64,000 bases of DNA. Origin: Euprymna scolopes (Eukaryota). Position 1 is the stretch's first letter. Each line of letters begins with the position of its first letter. This document shows positions 25,399 through 37,351 of this stretch, piece after piece. The stretch lies in NCBI GenBank assembly GCA_053919585.1, contig CM132796.1; one strand, 5' to 3'. Made by a program: the position numbers and the translations under genes. The notes under the pieces are model-generated. The model was not told where the DNA came from and did no database searches. It saw nothing but the letters and a program-made list of their open reading frames with translations.

Positions 25399-26614
25399 GC
25401 ATGAATGAATCTATACTCTTTTAATTTTTTTTGTGAACTGGTTGGTTGGTTGTTTTTGTTTTACGGTATATCAACCTTTTTCAGGTTATTTAATGCCGAA
25501 TCTAGTTATTTTGAGGAACGATTTTTGATGGAGTATATGCATGCGTAACGTAATAGCTATTGGTTCATGTTTAAATTTTAGCTTTGCAGCAAACATGTCA
25601 TCATAGTTCAGACATTAACGTACAAGGAAAAAGTAAACCTTAAGCTAAACCTTTTGGTTTCGATTCTCGGTAGTGGCGCATTAAAAAAAACTTTTTTAAA
25701 TCATTACTATATATTGGGTCTAAAATTATAAATAGGAACTCTGTAATAATCAAAACATTATATATTTAAGCACATACTACAACCGGGCAATGCCGGGCGG
25801 CCTGCTAGTATTATTATCGTGATTTCAAAAGTAAAAAAAAAAATTTTTAGTTCCATGAGCTAAAATCGAAACCGAAAGCAAAACTGTAGCATTAAAAGCT
25901 CGGGACGTAATCACTGTGCCAACGTAGGACGCATATGAACTGATTAAATATACAGTTAGGAAAACGTACAAAATATATAAGGATTTTTTTCGATTTTGAC
26001 CGTTTTTGACTCTTTGAAAACTTTAACCAGCTAAAGACCCATAAAATAACGGCTAATAAAAAATCCAATTATTTGAGGGCCCTAACGCTGCTCTGCGAAT
26101 TTTAATTTCGGTAGGGATAAATTTAAAAATATGGAGACAGACATACAGACAAAGTGTTTTTGATATATTAGACTAACAGGGAGAGCAATCATTTTTGTAC
26201 GGGCGTAAAATACGCTTAAATATAATAGTTTAATTCGTCCAGATATCGTATATATTATTATAAAGTCGTGATTACAAAAGGAAAACAGATGTATTCGCGA
26301 TCCATCAGCTAGAATCGAAACTGAACTGTAGCGTTCAAAGCTGGTGACGTTTCCACTGTACCAACGTAACACTCATATGAACTGACGAAAAATTGAAAAT
26401 GAAAAATAAAGTAAGATTTATGCACAAAATGTATAATGACTTTTTTCAATTTGGACCTTTTAAAAACTATTTTTACCGTCTTTAAACCTATAAAAGAACG
26501 GTCTGTAAAAAAATCCAATTATTTGACGCTCCTAGCGCCGCCCGACGACTTTCAGGAAGGATTAGAGTTTGAAAATATGGAGACAGACGGACAGAGAGAC
26601 ATATTATATATTAG
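24301..26614 (+). mobile_element. Four diverged head-to-tail HINE-like units (~24301-24753, 24754-25160, 25817-26171, 26172-26614)
   Basis: Shared blocks gagtcgtgatttcaaaagt, gctagaatcgaaacc and aaaatatggagacagac..tatattagact; 25160-25810 is intervening sequence. Confidence 0.7.
25441..25512 (-). mobile_element. Retroposon 3' tail fragment ending in (CAAC)n
   Basis: Minus strand ggcattaaataacctg..aaggttgatataccgtaaaac..aaccaaccaacc; a second copy lies at 30455-30510 inside the BEL element. Confidence 0.55.
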
Positions 26615-27028
26615 ACTAGCCTGGGTGTCCGGCGGTGCACTGATGTTTGAACGTGTGTGTTGAGCAAGAAAAAAATGGTAGTAAGCAGACTGGCACGCTG
26701 AAACCCGTACTGCGAATGAGGAAAAGAACGTGAAAAAAAAAACGTGATGTAATTGCCGTTGCGTCCATCGCCAAAATGGAACTGGCGAAGGTTTAAATTA
26801 AAGCTAGTCAATCGAAAAGAAGGGATTACTTTCGAAAATATCTGCGAAAAAATACGACTCCTCCCTGTAGAAAAGTGCCCAGTTGAGGGTAAAGGAATTA
26901 ATGTTTTTAGCCAATATTTCGATATTTGTCATCAGAAGGGTTGACCTTCAAAACGATCCCGATCTTGTCAAAACATAGGTAAGCATACATACATACATTT
27001 AAACAGGGATGAGATTTATATTATAGAT
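26615..27028 (+). mobile_element. HINE-like element, same family as 61826-62246
   Basis: ACTAG head; shares 'cccctgtagaaaagtg..agttga' and 'attaatgttttagccaa' blocks with 61826-62246; (CATA)n..tatattatagat tail. Confidence 0.7.
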
Positions 27029-27581
27029 TTACACACTGTCTTATGCTTCCATGTACGAAAAACAGAGTAAAATACGTGCTCGTACGTCTTGAACAACATC
27101 CGAGTGTAGAAACATCTTGCGAAATTACTTAAAACGAATCAACAGAGGCGCATAATAATTACATTTTTGATGTGATTGTTTGATTTTCCACACATTCACT
27201 CATTTCTTCTCTCATTTAAATTCTGTCAATTTTTTTCCTATTTAAAACCATTAACTATGAACGAGTCTATTACTATGTAAGTTATAGTTGAATGATCAAC
27301 GTCCCTGCATTAACACATAGAATTGGGTTAAGCAATAGACCCGACTGTGTTTGGAACCTGTTTAAGAGATTCGAGAGCTTGAGCCCATGACCTTCATAGG
27401 ATCTTGACCTTTATACAGATTGAGCACATTATTTAGGAATTTAGCATAGGAAGTACTTTTAGAGTAAAAAAAAATTAACATATTCTATTTTCAATTGTTT
27501 CTGTCTCCGTAGATAAGGCTAACATGATTCAATTTCCATTTTAAGTTATTTAAGGCAAGTTGACGTTAATAAATGTTGACG

Positions 27582-27807
27582 TTATTTTTTCTTTCTGAAT
27601 CCCATGCGTCTGTGAATAATAGACTCAATTAGATTGAAAAGCGTTTTCCCCGTCTCTGTGCAGATTCCTCGAAATATCGACTCTTTTTCAGTCTCATGTG
27701 TCCGAGTGAACTCATACAGGATTATGTGACATTCCTCTGGCGTCTTTTGATTTTCTAAGACGTCAGAATCGTTATCATCATTTATGGAAATCTCAAAACC
27801 GCTTGGC
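27582..27807 (-). CDS. Candidate terminal coding exon of an unidentified host gene
   Basis: Acceptor-like tttcatttag|G at 27808, then an open, protein-like frame PSGFEISINDDNDSDVLENQ..IIHRRMGFRKKK-stop. It is unique in the window and no homology was recognised. Confidence 0.3.
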
Positions 27808-28089
27808 CTAAATGAAACATTCACAGAGAATAAAACGATCGAGTAGATTTCGGAATTTGCAGATGACCATAGAGAAAAATGTACAAAAATATATTCAATT
27901 TAATAAAATTAGGCAACATTCATGTATTAAGTACGTACCAATGGTTTCCGACTTACATACTTTTTCATGTATATTCACGTATAATATTTTGAAAATATAT
28001 CACATATTGTGTAAAGTGATCCAGTATGGATGTAATTGTTCTTATTGCGAAAACACTCCTTAGTAATATTATGGCAAGTTTTCTGCACT

Positions 28090-28270
28090 TCGCCTTATGA
28101 CTCCACGCAGGGATTAAACATTAATTATTCCATTTTATATATATAAAAAGGAAGTTATGAAATATATGAGGCATACGCCTGACGAATTCACACGCCAATG
28201 AAACGCTGAATATTCTTTGTTGCTTAATTGACATATATATTTTCAAAAATTACTACCAAGCTCTACCTAT
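28090..28270 (+). ncRNA. Family-A hammerhead/pLTR remnant: a degenerate tandem copy at 28090-28130 and a better copy at 28174-28227
   Basis: GC-CTGACGA-ATTC..AAT-GAAACGCTGAATATTC..GTT-GCTTAA, followed by the same tatatatttt..actaccaagctctac tail as 35457-35495 (reverse). Confidence 0.6.
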
Positions 28271-28507
28271 TTATTGAGCAGAAGTAAATACTGAAAATAT
28301 ACACATGAAATTATATCTTCGTATATTAAGTTATGTGATTAAATGAAGNNNNNNNNNNNNNNNNNNNNNNNNNNNNNNNNNNNNNNNNNNNNNNNNNNNN
28401 NNNNNNNNNNNNNNNNNNNNNNNNNNNNNNNNNNNNNNNNNNNNNNNNNNNNNNNNNNNNNNNNNNNNNNNNNNNNNNNNNNNNNNNNNNNNNNNNNNNN
28501 NNNNNNA

Positions 28508-29116
28508 ACCAGGAAGCCTTGACGCTGAGGTGGAAGCAAAAACCAACTACTTAACCGTCTCGACCACGAGTGAGAGTAATTGATTAGCGTGTTACGTTAA
28601 GGCTTATAAAGCGAGGGAAAGAGGTTTGATTGACAGGAAGACGCTAAATGAGGTCATCGCGGGATCGTTATGATGACGTGGCAGTATTTTTAGTTTTCGC
28701 TTCCCCAAGATTATGGTGGGTAGGTGAAGGGGGAGCAGCTCCCCATTTAAAGGGGATTGTCCAAATCGAATAGCAATTGTCTGATATAAGGAGAAGCTCC
28801 AAATTGATCAAAAGCTGATTGCTTTCTGGACATGTCGGCACGAAAGCCGAGAACACGACCCGTTTGAATTTAGTTTCACTGTATTTATACTAAAAAAAAA
28901 CAGGACAAACAGGGGAGAGAGCGAAATAGCGCGAATCTCATAAAAGTCGACGTAAATAAATCTGGAGGCGACGCGGGTTCCCAAATCGTTGATATTATTA
29001 TCTGGGTGGTATATAAACACTAAGCGATAGTATCCACTCCGGGACCGACGGCGAAAAAAGCCTTTTCGAGACATACAAAAAATGGGCGCGCGCATTTGCC
29101 TTTTATATATATAGAT
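28508..29116 (+). mobile_element. HINE-like element whose 5' end lies in the gap
   Basis: Ends gacatac..gcgcgcgcatttgccttttatatatatagat and carries an antisense tRNA A-box-like motif at 28550-28568. Confidence 0.45.
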
Positions 29117-29890
29117 TTCAAATATTTAGACCAAAATTTGTCTAAGTAATTTAGTAGAGCACGCAGGGGTCAATTTTTTTCAATTTGACCCCAATTTTTA
29201 CCCCTTAACATTTAATATTTTAGTCTCAAATCAAAATACAAAGTTTTACCCATGTTCAAGTTACCTACATCTAAAATTTCAAAAGACCCAAAATTGGCGG
29301 TGGACTTTATAAAGCCTGCAAAGTTCAACTCTTTCAACTTTGACCTTTTGGCAGACAAATTTTCGCTCCAAAGCTGTTTAAATGCTCTCTATATATAAAT
29401 TTCAAATATTTAGACTAAAAATTGGCTGAGTAGTTTGCTAGACACTGCAAAGGTCAAATCTTTTAAAGTGTTACCCTTGGCAGCTCAATTCTTCGATCCA
29501 AACCGATTAAAAAGCTTGCCGTATCTCTGAATACCCTTTATGCAAAATTTCAAATGGTTAGACTTGGAATTGTCTTAGTATTTTGGTAAAGACCACAAAG
29601 GTCATTTTTTAAAACTTTGACCCCAATTTGGACCCATTAACACTTATTTTTGGAGGGCTCAAATAAAATAACGTTTGATCCATGTCCAAGTAATCTACAT
29701 TCAAAATTACAAGTGTTTTGACATAAGGAGATTGGTAGAGTTTCAAAGGTCAAATCGTTGAACAGTCAACTTGCCGAAAACCAATTAAAAAGATGTTTGC
29801 AAATCTCAATACACCTTTTATCAAATTTAGAGTCTCTAGGAAAAAAATTGACAGAATTATTTTGTAGGAATATGTACACAGACACAGTTA
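29116..29890 (+). repeat. Interspersed repeat made of ~110-150 bp subrepeats (family of 16014-16800 and 62250-62706)
   Basis: Recurrent aaaatttcaaatatttagac..aaattg..agt.tt.gtaga..aaaggtcaa..ttgaccc units; ends aatatgtacacagacaca. Confidence 0.65.
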
Positions 29891-29983
29891 TTAACTACGT
29901 AATTTACTCACATAAAATTAATATACGAAAGTATAAATTTATGCGTAAACTAAGTATTTACTTAAAAAGTGTTCAATATGTAG

Positions 29984-30313
29984 TGTTAGAATTTTTTTTT
30001 AATTTCTAACGCGCCTCTCTTTTCTTGGTTCCTTGTTATCCGAACAGCTTGGTTAATTTTGAGAAAGAATAACACAATAAAATTCTTGTATTTAAAATAA
30101 CGTATATTTACAAGTAAAGGTTAAAGTTTCCAAAACAATTGTTCTGGAGGAGTTTCTGTTTGTTGCAGAAAAAGAGTAATTTCTGAGAAGTGCTCGCTGT
30201 TAATCTTTTTTTATTTTTTATTGTTGCAAGCAACTCCAAGTAATAGTGGGTAATTTGCATAAGTGGCTTTATGCAAATTATCTTACAAAGTTTGAGTACA
30301 AATAATTCTAACA
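29984..30313 (-). repeat. 3' LTR of the BEL/Pao element
   Basis: Near-identical to 35131-35456; TG..CA ends with a 10-bp terminal inverted repeat. Confidence 0.95.
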
Positions 30314-30550
30314 CACTCCCTCCAAGAAGATTGCAATACGTTTATTGCAATAAAAACAGGAGAGATGTCTCTGAAATATATATAAAGAGTTTATAAAAAA
30401 ATAATTTGCCGCTTTATTTTTCTATATCTTTGTTTTTCATTTTTTTTTTAAATTGTTGGATGGTTGATTTTTTTTTGTATCAACCTTTTAGATCATTCAA
30501 TGCCAAGAATATTTTTTTTATTAAATATGAAAGTTGAATTTGTTTAATTA

Positions 30551-33500
30551 TTACAGATAATCAATATTATCTTTCATCATTTGATAGAATTTAGCAGAGG
30601 CTTTGCGTTTGGGTCTAGTCCTGAGTTGATTGGCCACCTCTTCATTACTGTTACTATTGCCTAATTGCAGTGTTTTATCATTAAGTCCTTCACTAGAATC
30701 ATTTTGGAAAGGCTTACTGATAGGTTCTTTCATTCGAGTATTACCTTGGGGACATGATATTTCCATAGGGTATAGGTTAGAAATGGAGTGATACTCTATT
30801 GCCCCATTACCTTGCTTCAGTTTAACAGCTCGTATTTTATTGTCAAACCCTATTACATTTTCTAAAACCTTGCCCAGCATCCAGAAGGATCTCCATTTAG
30901 TCGTGGATTTGATCAATACGACATCCCCTACTTTTATTCTATTTTCCCATTTATTTTGGTAAATATTCCTGCCATGTTCTCTTAAACTTAGCAAATAGCT
31001 TTCATACCATAATTTAAATTTTAATATTTCTTCTTGAAAATTTAAAGTTTTATTCAATGAGTTTGAGTAAGGTTCTTCCTGCCAAACCTCTTCCTCTTCA
31101 GATTTTAGAACTAAAGAGGAATTCCCATATATTCTCAAAAAGGAATTAGGAGTTATAATTTCAAGATTAGGAGAGCTTAATCTATAAGTTAAAGGTCTAG
31201 AATTTATAGCCAACTTAATATTTGACAATGTTGTTAAAAGTTCAAAATAGCTAAGTCTAGATCTTCCTATGACCTTGAATAGGCAACCCTTAAGAACTCT
31301 TATCAATCTCTCCCAAGCCGAACCAACCCACACAGAATATAAAGGGATTTTGATATGTCGGATATCTAATTTCTCTAGTTCTTCCTGAAACGTCTTTGAC
31401 TGTAGAGAACTTTCAAGAATACAACCTGCCTTTTAAAAGGTTTTAGCGTTATCACTGTATAAAAAGTGAGGTACAGAATACATGTTGCAACATCTCTGAA
31501 AGGCCAGCATAAAATTTCGGGTTGACATATCGGGTAACAGTTCAAAATGGACTGCCCTTATGTTAAGGCAAGTAAATATTAAAACAAACATTTTTACTGT
31601 ACTTCCACCCACTTCATTCTTTATCCACAAATGACATGTGTAGTCGATTCCCACATGATTGAAAGTTTTCACTAAATTGACATGATGCCTAGGCATATCC
31701 ACAACTTTAGGATATTTATAAGCCAAAGCATTATACTTTTTTGCAGGTTGAACAATTATTTATTTCTGCCTTTACAACAGTCAAACCTTGGGGAATCCAC
31801 ACACCTTGCTCTCGCAAATAATTTAATGTGGTACCTATTCCCATGTGTTGCACCTTAGCATGGCAATAGTTAATGAATAATGACGTAAATTTATTTCTTT
31901 TAGGCAATAACACAAGGTTATATACTTCATAGTTGAAATATAGGCATTTGCTTATCCTCCCTTGAGATCTCAAAATTCCATCAGAGTCTATGAATAAATT
32001 TAAATTTGAAACCAAAGTGGGGACATTTTTATTTCTTTTGTCCTGTGATTTCAAAAAGTCAATCTCCTTGAAGAAATGCTCACTCTGTATTAACCTTATC
32101 CAGTACATTTTTGCTTTCTTCAATGGATTAACACCATTTTTTTCTTACAAAACGGTTTGAACAATAAACTTGTTATTCTCAATAATTTCTTGTAATCAGA
32201 ATATTTTTCAATGTCCAAAATGGCAGTTTTTGTTTTAATTATTTGATTACAATTAACATTTACTGTTCCCTTATGGTCAGGTGAAATACTCATTAAAGGG
32301 TATTTAGGCCAATTTTTAAATTCGTTGGTAAGCCAACTTGGTCCTTCCAAACATAATTTTCTATTTCTTAAATATTTATCGTAAGATATTCCCCTAGTTA
32401 ACATATCAGCCGGATTTTGATCTGTATGAACATAGTGAAACATTATTGGTAGTTTAAATTCATCCTCAAGAGCTTTTATTAATCCATTTACTTCGGATAT
32501 TCTATTTTTAACAAATTTAGATTTTACTTTCTTTTGTGATTAACCAATTTAAAACTACTTGAGCATCCGCGCATATATTAATAAATTGAAACTGAATATC
32601 TTCATAAGTTTCAATTAATGTTGGAAGACATTTTAATGCCAGTATTACTCCCATTAGTTCCAAAGTAGGGACACTAAGTTCATTACCTTTCCTAAATTTA
32701 CTTATTTGCTTGTTGTCAAAGGAAATAGATTCTTGATCATTGGGTCTTATTCCCATAGATTCAAGACTAAAGGGATTTTCTAAGCCGTTGTCTACTTCAC
32801 TGTCGGATAAAATATTCTCTAAGGGATTGAAATACGATTTAAGGGGATCCATTATTAGGTTAATTACTGTTTTATTATTTTTTTTATTGGTTTTAATTGA
32901 GTGTTAAGCAAGTCATTTCTCTCGGCTGAACTGATAAAATTGAAAATGTTTCCAATAGGAGCTACCCTATCATATATGATAAAGTTATAACCACCCCCTA
33001 TCTTTTTTATGGAAAAGGAAATATATTGAATTATGTCTATCCCCATGAGCATATCTATTTCAATAGTGTCGTGTTCTTTATTTAAGTAAAAGGACTCATC
33101 AAGCAGATTTACACCCTGTAATTTTAATTTATTAATTACATCTTTCATTCCGTGCATCATGTAATTTATATTCATGCTTTCGACTACCAATAGCGGAACA
33201 AAAAAATTCTATTCTTTAATTTTACACCAGTAGACATTTGTTTAAATTTCTTAACTTGCCGTCCTAAATAACTATGTATCTCCTGCTCTGATGAGAACTC
33301 GTTATAATTTGGGGATAATGCTAGAGCAGCTTCTTTTGTTATAAAAGATATTTGGCTGCCACAATCTATTAAGCACCTAACTTGTCTTTGCTTATGACCA
33401 CATTTTAAATTTAGGGTCATAGTAGGTAACATTACAAGTGTCCATATTTTTCAAGGCGTAACACAAGTTTGTTTGAACAGCCTTTTGAGGACACAAAGTA

Positions 33501-34810
33501 GTTACATGTTCTTTTTACATGTGAGACACGGGAACTTAAACAACCCCCTTTTCCATAGCATTCTGATTCATTGTGACCTGAACTAGCACATCTGGTGCAC
33601 AAGGACAGTTCTAAGATTATTGCTAGTTTAGCTTCATAATTAGGATAAGTTTCACACTTTCCGAAGTAGTGTCCTTTCGAGGAACATAGCTTACACACGG
33701 ATTTTTTATAGCTTTTACTTTTAAATTTTGTACAGTTGGTACTTTATCTTTTGGGGTTATTTTAAAACTACGTTTAAAGTCATAGCTACTGAAATTTTTT
33801 TATCCTTAGCAATATTTTTTATAGTTAAAGTCCGAGTTAGCGTTTTTAAAATATCCCTATAGTTATCAAATATTTGCTTTAAGTTGGGATAATTATTATT
33901 AACTTTATTAATTAATTCTTTAACAACTACTTTGGGAAGTTTAGTCATAATAATGTGACTAATTAGAATATTTCCAGAAGAACCCTCTTCCAAAAAATCA
34001 ATTTCATATTGTTTTAGCTCATATAAGTAGGCCCTTATTTCTGATATATAATATCTAACATTCAAATATTCTGGACTATATTCCTCACCAGGTTTAGCTT
34101 TTAATGTTTCGTCGATAATATATGCTTTATCTAAAAACTCTTCTTTCAATAAATCTAAAGCAATTTTATAATTCGTATCGGTTATTGACAAATGTCTTGT
34201 TTTAAGGCATAATCCTTCAAGTAACCAACCAAATAAGACAGTTTAGCTGAGTCTGACAATTTCCTTCTAGAATCAATCACATTGTTAAATTGAATTGAAT
34301 TGTGAAAGGCGAACTTGTCCTTTTCATTTCCCGAAAAAGTGCTGCAATTCAAAGGAGGAGGTTTTCCCTCACTTAAAGTTTCTTCAATAGACAACGTTGA
34401 GTCTTGTCATCTTTACTGGTTATATAGTCCTCGTATTTGTCTGTACTCACAACATTATATTCGGCTTGACTATCTAATTCATTATTCAAGGCTTCTTCGT
34501 CTTTAATACTATAATCAACCCTTTGTGAAAAGGTATTAATTACCTCATTCCAATAATTGATTTTGGACACTTCATCAATGGCTTTTAACTTTTTTTTTTT
34601 TTTACACAGGGAAGTATTCAGGGTAGAATTGTCATTCATGGTCTCCAGACTATTAAAGTACATTGTTACTTTTCTTTTATGTGTAGCCCGGTTTCGTTTA
34701 AAAGACAGTAATTTTTCTCGTATCATTTCAATATTCATATCCTCTGGTTTTTCTTCTCCCAGAAGGTTTTTAGGAGTTCCCTCCATGGTGACGTCTTCCT
34801 TAATAGCCAT
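30551..34810 (-). pseudogene. gag-pol: BEL/Pao gag-pol polyprotein, frameshifted
   Basis: Gag (LSDSAKLSYLVGYL, NYKIALDLLKEEF), Cys/His knuckles (CKLC..H..C, LCTRC..H..C), protease LIDCGSQISFI, Pao RNase H SVPTLELMG/NPADMLTRG, and integrase GIDY..FTCLNIRAVHFEL..SDNAKTF..AWERLIR..INSRPLT. Confidence 0.93.
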
Positions 34811-35130
34811 TTATTTTAGTAGGTATGAATAAGTACCGAAATGTGAATACAAGTGCAATAAAATAATTTTGTTTTTAATCCACGCGGGTAGAGTTTTTGT
34901 ACGTTTTGAGCGTTCCAAATTCACGTTTTATAAAACTCTAGTAAGTATGTTCCAGAAAAGTTTTTTTGAATATGTCATAGTATACTGTTAGTTTGGATCC
35001 AGAATAATAATTTCTCTTGTGGAGTATCCATCCTTGAGGTAACATCACTTGGAGAAGGTTCATTCCTCGTTGGTTATCTTTATTAAATGTTTTGGACGCG
35101 AATACCACGATGTTAACTGTTTTGGAAATA

Positions 35131-35456
35131 TGTTAGAATTTTTTTTAAATTTCTAACGCGTCTCTCTTTTCTTGGTTCCTTGTAATCCGAACAACTTGGT
35201 TAATTTTGAGAAAGAATAACACAATAAAATTCTTGTATTTAAAATAACGTATATTTACAAGTTAAAGTTTCCAAAACAATTGTTCTGGAGGAGTTTCTGT
35301 TTGTTGCAGAAAAAGAGAGTAATTTCTGAGAAGTGCTCGCTGTTGATCTTTTTTTTTTTTTTTTTTTTTGCAAGCAACTCCAAGTGATAGTGGGTAATTT
35401 GCATAAGTGGCTTTATGCAAATTACCTTAAAAGTTTGAGTACAAATAATTCTAACA
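35131..35456 (-). repeat. 5' LTR of the BEL/Pao element
   Basis: Near-identical to 29984-30313. Confidence 0.95.
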
Positions 35457-35498
35457 GTAGTAGAGCTAGTTAGTAAGTTATAAAATATATATTGCGAT

Positions 35499-35551
35499 TA
35501 AGCTACACTGAATATTTCGAGTTTCATCCACTCTAGGATTCTTCAGGCTTA
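35499..35551 (-). ncRNA. Type I hammerhead ribozyme, family A (left arm)
   Basis: UAAGC-CUGAAGA-AUCC uagagu GGAU-GAAAC ucgaaauauucagu GUA-GCUUA. Confidence 0.72.
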
Positions 35552-35633
35552 TGCGCGAATTCTGTGGTTGTTTGTCGTTTTTATATACTTACGTGCGTAT
35601 ATAAAAATGACAAACAACCACAAAATTCGAGCA

Positions 35634-35686
35634 TAAGCCTGAAGAGTCCTAGACTGGATGAAACGCGGAATATTCAGGGTAGCTTA
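35634..35686 (+). ncRNA. Type I hammerhead ribozyme, family A (right arm)
   Basis: UAAGC-CUGAAGA-GUCC uagacu GGAU-GAAAC gcggaauauucagg GUA-GCUUA; predicted cleavage after 35681. Confidence 0.78.
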
Positions 35687-35775
35687 ATCGCCCTATATAT
35701 TTTACTAGCAAAAGTACCCGCCGTTGACTGGGTTCAAAAACAGCCTACAGAAAATGGACTCTGATTTATGAAAGT

Positions 35776-36344
35776 ACTAGCGGGGGTACCCGGCGTTGCC
35801 CAGGTGTTTGTAGGTGTGTGTGGTGTTAAATAAAAAAGAAACCGGGGGGTTCGGATCGAACCCGAAGCTCTGAGGCAAAGTTTGAAAATAAAATCGGCCA
35901 GCCAGAATGAGTTACTGAACCAAATTGACAGGTGCGCGGACGGAAGTCGTCGAGCGTTACGACGACGACGATGACGAGGACGTCGAGGACGACGACGACG
36001 TCAATGACCAGGTTTGTTTGTTATAGGCGAAGTAAAAAAAGAAAACAACGTTTTAATTTAGCGGGAGCGGGGGTAATCAAAACATCGAAAAAAAACACAA
36101 AAAATCTAACGCATGCGTAGAATCGGTCATTGTCACGAGGGCTGGTTTTTGTTGTCAAAAATTGTCGATTTTGGGGTGAAAAAATGAACGTTTTTGGCCA
36201 ATTTTTCGATATTTTTCGAGCAAAGGACGGCGGTTCAGTGTGATACCGAGTTTGTGAATTTTCGTCGCGTCTGTCGAAAGTTTTTAGCAGACATCCAAAC
36301 ATACACACATGCATACATACATTTTCGCTTTTATATATATAGAT
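35776..36344 (+). mobile_element. HINE-like element with an internal (ACG)n tract
   Basis: ACTAGCGGGGGTACCCGGCGTTGCCCAGG head; tail matches the reverse complement of 15073-15260. Confidence 0.72.
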
Positions 36345-36348
36345 AACT

Positions 36349-36426
<78 letters not shown>

Positions 36427-36514
36427 TTATAAATTAGAGTTTCACTAGCTCTGACGTTGATATCACAAATCTACTATTACTTCTAGTATTTATTTGCTTC
36501 CCAACTAACGCAAA

Positions 36515-36695
36515 ATGTTTAACTTTGACCCCTTGACAGCCAAATTTCTGGTCGAAAACCGCATAAAAAGATTTTCATAAATCTTAATACTCCTTATACA
36601 AACCTCGAGTCCGTAGACTTAAAATTGACAAAAAAATTTCGTCGTGAAATGTACACACACAGAGATACAAACAGATAATTTCATATATATATATA

Positions 36696-36734
<39 letters not shown>

Positions 36735-37290
36735 GTGTTTGTACATTTCCCTGCCAAACTACTCTGTCAATTTTCTACAGACTCCAGATTTTACATAATG
36801 GGTATTGAGATTTTGTCAAATATTTCTACTCAGTTTTCGGCTAACAATTGGCTGTCAAGGTGTAAAAGATCAACAATTAAACCTTTAAAAACACTACCAA
36901 ACTACTTCGCCAATTTTGTGTTTAAACGGTTGAAATTTTAGATGTACGAGTAGTTTACTTGGGCATGGATCAAACTTTTTAATTTGATTAGAGCTCAAAG
37001 CAATAAATGTTAAGAAGTCAAGACTAGGATCAAAGTTATGAAAAAATTGACCCCTGCGGTCTCTACATAATTACACATCAATGTTAGGTCTAAAGAGTTG
37101 AAATTTTACATAAAGTGTATTAAGACATAGGGAAAGCTTTTTAAACCGAGTTTTGACTGAAAAAAAGATTTGACCTCTGCAGTCTCTAGCAAAGTATTCA
37201 GCGGATGTTGAGTCTAACATTTGAAATTTTACATAAAGGGTATTCAGACATGCAGCATTTTTTTATTAGTTTATGCGCGAAAAATTTGTC
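36515..37290. repeat. Tail-to-tail pair of subrepeat-family elements sharing a (TA)n/(GT)n centre
   Basis: 36520-36680 (+) and 36730-37290 (-) both match the 16020-16350 and 62250-62706 family. Confidence 0.6.
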
Positions 37291-37351
37291 TAGCTTTTAG
37301 TAAATACTAATATTATTAAAAAAAACTTACGTAAGAAAAAAAAATTACCCC

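Larger units (their letters stand above)
29984..35456 (-). mobile_element. BEL/Pao LTR retrotransposon, decayed and internally deleted (no RT)
   Basis: Two ~330-bp LTRs TGTTAGAATT..AATTCTAACA, GTAG duplicated at 29980-29983 and 35457-35460, PPT GGAGGGAGTG at 30314-30323, and a gag-protease-RNaseH-integrase domain order. Confidence 0.95.
35481..35704. repeat. ~220-bp palindrome made of two divergent family-A hammerhead/pLTR units
   Basis: 35481-35588 is the reverse complement of 35597-35704 with scattered mismatches; centre near 35592. Confidence 0.9.
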
